A DNA stretch of 55,064 bases, filler included, from Basidiobolus ranarum (taxonomy: Eukaryota), in NCBI GenBank assembly GCA_040143965.1. It is 5 parts of 5 records of this genome, joined end to end, with 100 filler letters (N's around TTAATTAATTAA, not from the genome) between each part and the next. Parts side by side here need not be neighbours in the genome. Positions count along the whole stretch, not along the records: positions 44,153 to 55,064 come from JASJQH010000655.1; 4 more parts are not named here. The stretch is one strand, 5' to 3'. Numbering within the stretch: the stretch's first letter is position 1; the number at the start of each line of letters is the position of its first letter. Position numbers and translations under genes: made by a program. Below the pieces are notes generated by a model. It saw only the letters and a list, made by a program, of their open reading frames with translations, did no database searches and had not been told where the DNA came from. Below, in pieces: positions 52,908 through 55,064 of this stretch.

Positions 52908-52957
52908 ATGAGGCGAACTAACAATACTAATTAAGATACATACTGACATCATCCAAA

Positions 52958-55064
52958 ATGTTCAATAGTCGGCCATCGAAGCGGGGACTTCACCGAGGCC
53001 AAGTGTCCCATTCACTGATCTACTGGATGCTGGTGTTACTAGCGATAAGTTCATTACTTCAAGACGTCTCAGCCTACCAAAGTTACAGCTCTAATCCTAG
53101 TAGTTATAATTCGAAATGGAATCATCATAGTGATGTCGGTTCTCATTACAAAGAAAAGTCAGATATGCGCCAAAGACTTGTTCCTCAAACTCGTCTTTAT
53201 GAGGTTTCTGCAATTCCAATGCCAGTAGTGATGAACACATGGGGTGATTATGATGCCAACGGTACAATGTTTGCTTTGAAGGAGAATCTTGATTACCTTA
53301 GCGGCTACCGTGATTATATCTTAGGACAGCTGAGTTTAAATTCTAGTGATATACCTATGGATCCCTTAGTTAAGCCACTAGTGTTACGTTGTAATCAAGG
53401 TGATAAAATCCATGTCAAGTTCACAAACCAAATTCCAGGAGCTCAGGTAGGAATGCACCCATATCTTTATGGATATGATATCAAAAGTGACGGGACAGCC
53501 GTAGGAGGTAACCCTACCAGCTTAATAGGTCCAGGACAGGTGACTGAATATACTTGGCCTTGCTTGAGGGAAGGAACTTACTTAATCTCTGATGGTGGCT
53601 CTTATGATGGCTCTCCAGCTGGTACTGTAATCCATGGGTTATTCGGAGCCATTATTGTCGAGCCAAGAGGATCTCTCTGGACTGATCCGACTACAGGAAA
53701 ACCAACAGTCGATGGTATACATGCAGATATTCATCCCTACCCCCTTAATGGAGGATGTCCCAAGAAATACGATTTTTATGACGAGGAAGATCAGCATACT
53801 CACCCTGATTGTCCATTCAGAGAATTCACTCTATTCTTCCAAGATCGAGTTCAAGTACGGAATAACGCCCCACCTTCATTCGACCCTTGTACGGGAGCAA
53901 ATAATACAGGAGTACCTATCTTCTTGAATATCTTCAACTATCGCTCGGAGTCAATGACCAATCGTCGACAGGCATTATGGAAGATGATCAAAGATGGGAA
54001 AATATCGAATGTTAACGGTGAAGAGCAGCATCACTCTAGCTGGCTATTTGGTGATCCAGCAACCCCAGTCTTCCGTGCCTATGCTGGTGATCCAGTAAGA
54101 TACAGAGTCATTGACACCGGTGTAACTGAAACCCACGTATTCCATTTACATGGTCATCAATGGAGTTCGGGAAGAGGTGATCGTAGAAGTGACATTATCG
54201 ATTCCTTTTCATTGTCTCCTCTGACTACTTGGGATTTGGATATCCATTTCGGTGCTGGCTCTAGATTGAAGACGATCGGAGATGTCATTCTCCATTGCCA
54301 TTTGTATGTCCATTTCGAAACAGGAATGTGGAGTATGATGCGTGTCTTAGATCGCTATGAAGATGGCTACTCTACCTATCCCGATGGCACTCCTACCCCT
54401 AAGTTGATCCCATTGCCTGGTCGACCACATCCACCATACAAGACTGAACTTCAGCCAGGTTATCCCAACTTCATTCCCGGCACCCCTGGCCAGAAATCCC
54501 CTAGAGTTCCTTGGCCAGTAGAATTGTTGGGTGAGATTCCGGAAGGATCAGATTATCGTCCAGCAACTGAGGTTGAAGTAGCAAGTATGAATTCAGATCC
54601 TCAAGTCGGAAACCTCTTCACTTTGATTCCTACTCCTCGCAACTTAGAAACGCACTTTTTCAACGTCAGTATCATGTCACGTGCTATTGAGTATAACAAA
54701 TATGGATGGAATTATCCATATGGCCATATGTATGCTGCAGCAGAAACAGTGAAGCCAGACCCTGGACGTCCTGCCAAGTATGAGCCTTTTACGATGCGTG
54801 TTACTCAGAAGAGTGTCTCCGTGAGCCAATACACCAACAACCTTCCTCGCACGATTCCTGCTACTCCATTTGATGCAGCATTCCCCGAGTGTGCAGCAGT
54901 TGCTCATGAAGGTGAGGCAGGTATGCATGTACATCTCGTCAAGTTCGATGTACTATCCAGCGATGGTGCCTCCGTTGGTTGGAATTATATCAGTGGTGCA
55001 AGATTTGGAAAGTATCTGATTAATCGTTGGTGGATTGATGATGCTCTGGGCCATGTCTTCTTCC
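52958..55064 (+). CDS. mnxG: MnxG-type large multicopper oxidase (manganese-oxidase-like) with N-terminal signal-peptide-like segment; intronless, 3'-truncated
   Basis: 702 uninterrupted codons to the window end. Motifs: VVMNTWGDYDANG, PLVLRCNQGD, SDGTAVG, HGLFGAIIVEPRGSLWTDPTTG, FREF, NYRSESM, EEQHHSSWLFGDPATPVFRAYAGDP, ETHVFHLHGHQW (54134-), IGDVILHCHLYVHFETGMW (54293-54328), PGYPNFIPG, MHVHLVKFDVLSSDGASVGWNY (54923-). Confidence 0.9.
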   Translation, partial: MFNSRPSKRGLHRGQVSHSLIYWMLVLLAISSLLQDVSAYQSYSSNPSSYNSKWNHHSDVGSHYKEKSDMRQRLVPQTRLYEVSAIPMPVVMNTWGDYDANGTMFALKENLDYLSGYRDYILGQLSLNSSDIPMDPLVKPLVLRCNQGDKIHVKFTNQIPGAQVGMHPYLYGYDIKSDGTAVGGNPTSLIGPGQVTEYTWPCLREGTYLISDGGSYDGSPAGTVIHGLFGAIIVEPRGSLWTDPTTGKPTVDGIHADIHPYPLNGGCPKKYDFYDEEDQHTHPDCPFREFTLFFQDRVQVRNNAPPSFDPCTGANNTGVPIFLNIFNYRSESMTNRRQALWKMIKDGKISNVNGEEQHHSSWLFGDPATPVFRAYAGDPVRYRVIDTGVTETHVFHLHGHQWSSGRGDRRSDIIDSFSLSPLTTWDLDIHFGAGSRLKTIGDVILHCHLYVHFETGMWSMMRVLDRYEDGYSTYPDGTPTPKLIPLPGRPHPPYKTELQPGYPNFIPGTPGQKSPRVPWPVELLGEIPEGSDYRPATEVEVASMNSDPQVGNLFTLIPTPRNLETHFFNVSIMSRAIEYNKYGWNYPYGHMYAAAETVKPDPGRPAKYEPFTMRVTQKSVSVSQYTNNLPRTIPATPFDAAFPECAAVAHEGEAGMHVHLVKFDVLSSDGASVGWNYISGARFGKYLINRWWIDDALGHVFF

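Overview
Eukaryotic DNA from a fungus, most likely an early-diverging (non-Dikarya) lineage: AT-rich, with short GT-AG introns of ~50-100 nt, a fungal FAS, velvet genes, a SWEET transporter and an animal-type PTPS. The window is not one locus. It is five separate contigs of steadily decreasing length (10955, 10945, 10932, 10920, 10912 bp) joined by artificial 100-nt N-TTAATTAATTAA-N spacers. Contig 1: partial secreted CAP protein, acetate kinase, a broken C2H2 gene, a 55-aa ORF with a PP1-docking motif, a secreted CBM19-like mini-protein, a bHLH factor and a CpG-free Copia LTR/gag remnant. Contig 2: two head-to-head velvet paralogues sharing an unnamed C-terminal motif, plus a peroxiredoxin 3' end. 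Contig 3: a multi-pass membrane protein, a kinase-less double-CRIB protein, a C2H2 factor and a SWEET transporter. Contig 4: FAS 3' end, PTPS, sphingoid-phosphate phosphatase, an apparently pseudogenised VMA13 and an ankyrin protein 3' end. Contig 5: GND1, Ecl1-like, NuiA-like, URA3, DED1 and the main finding, which the ORF track misses because it runs off the window. This is an intronless ORF of >700 codons encoding a Bacillus MnxG-type (manganese-oxidase-like) multicopper oxidase with a TATA box, a signal-peptide-like N-terminus and N-glycosylation sequons, i.e. a probable domesticated bacterial gene. All family assignments come from hand translation and motif recognition; no searches were run.
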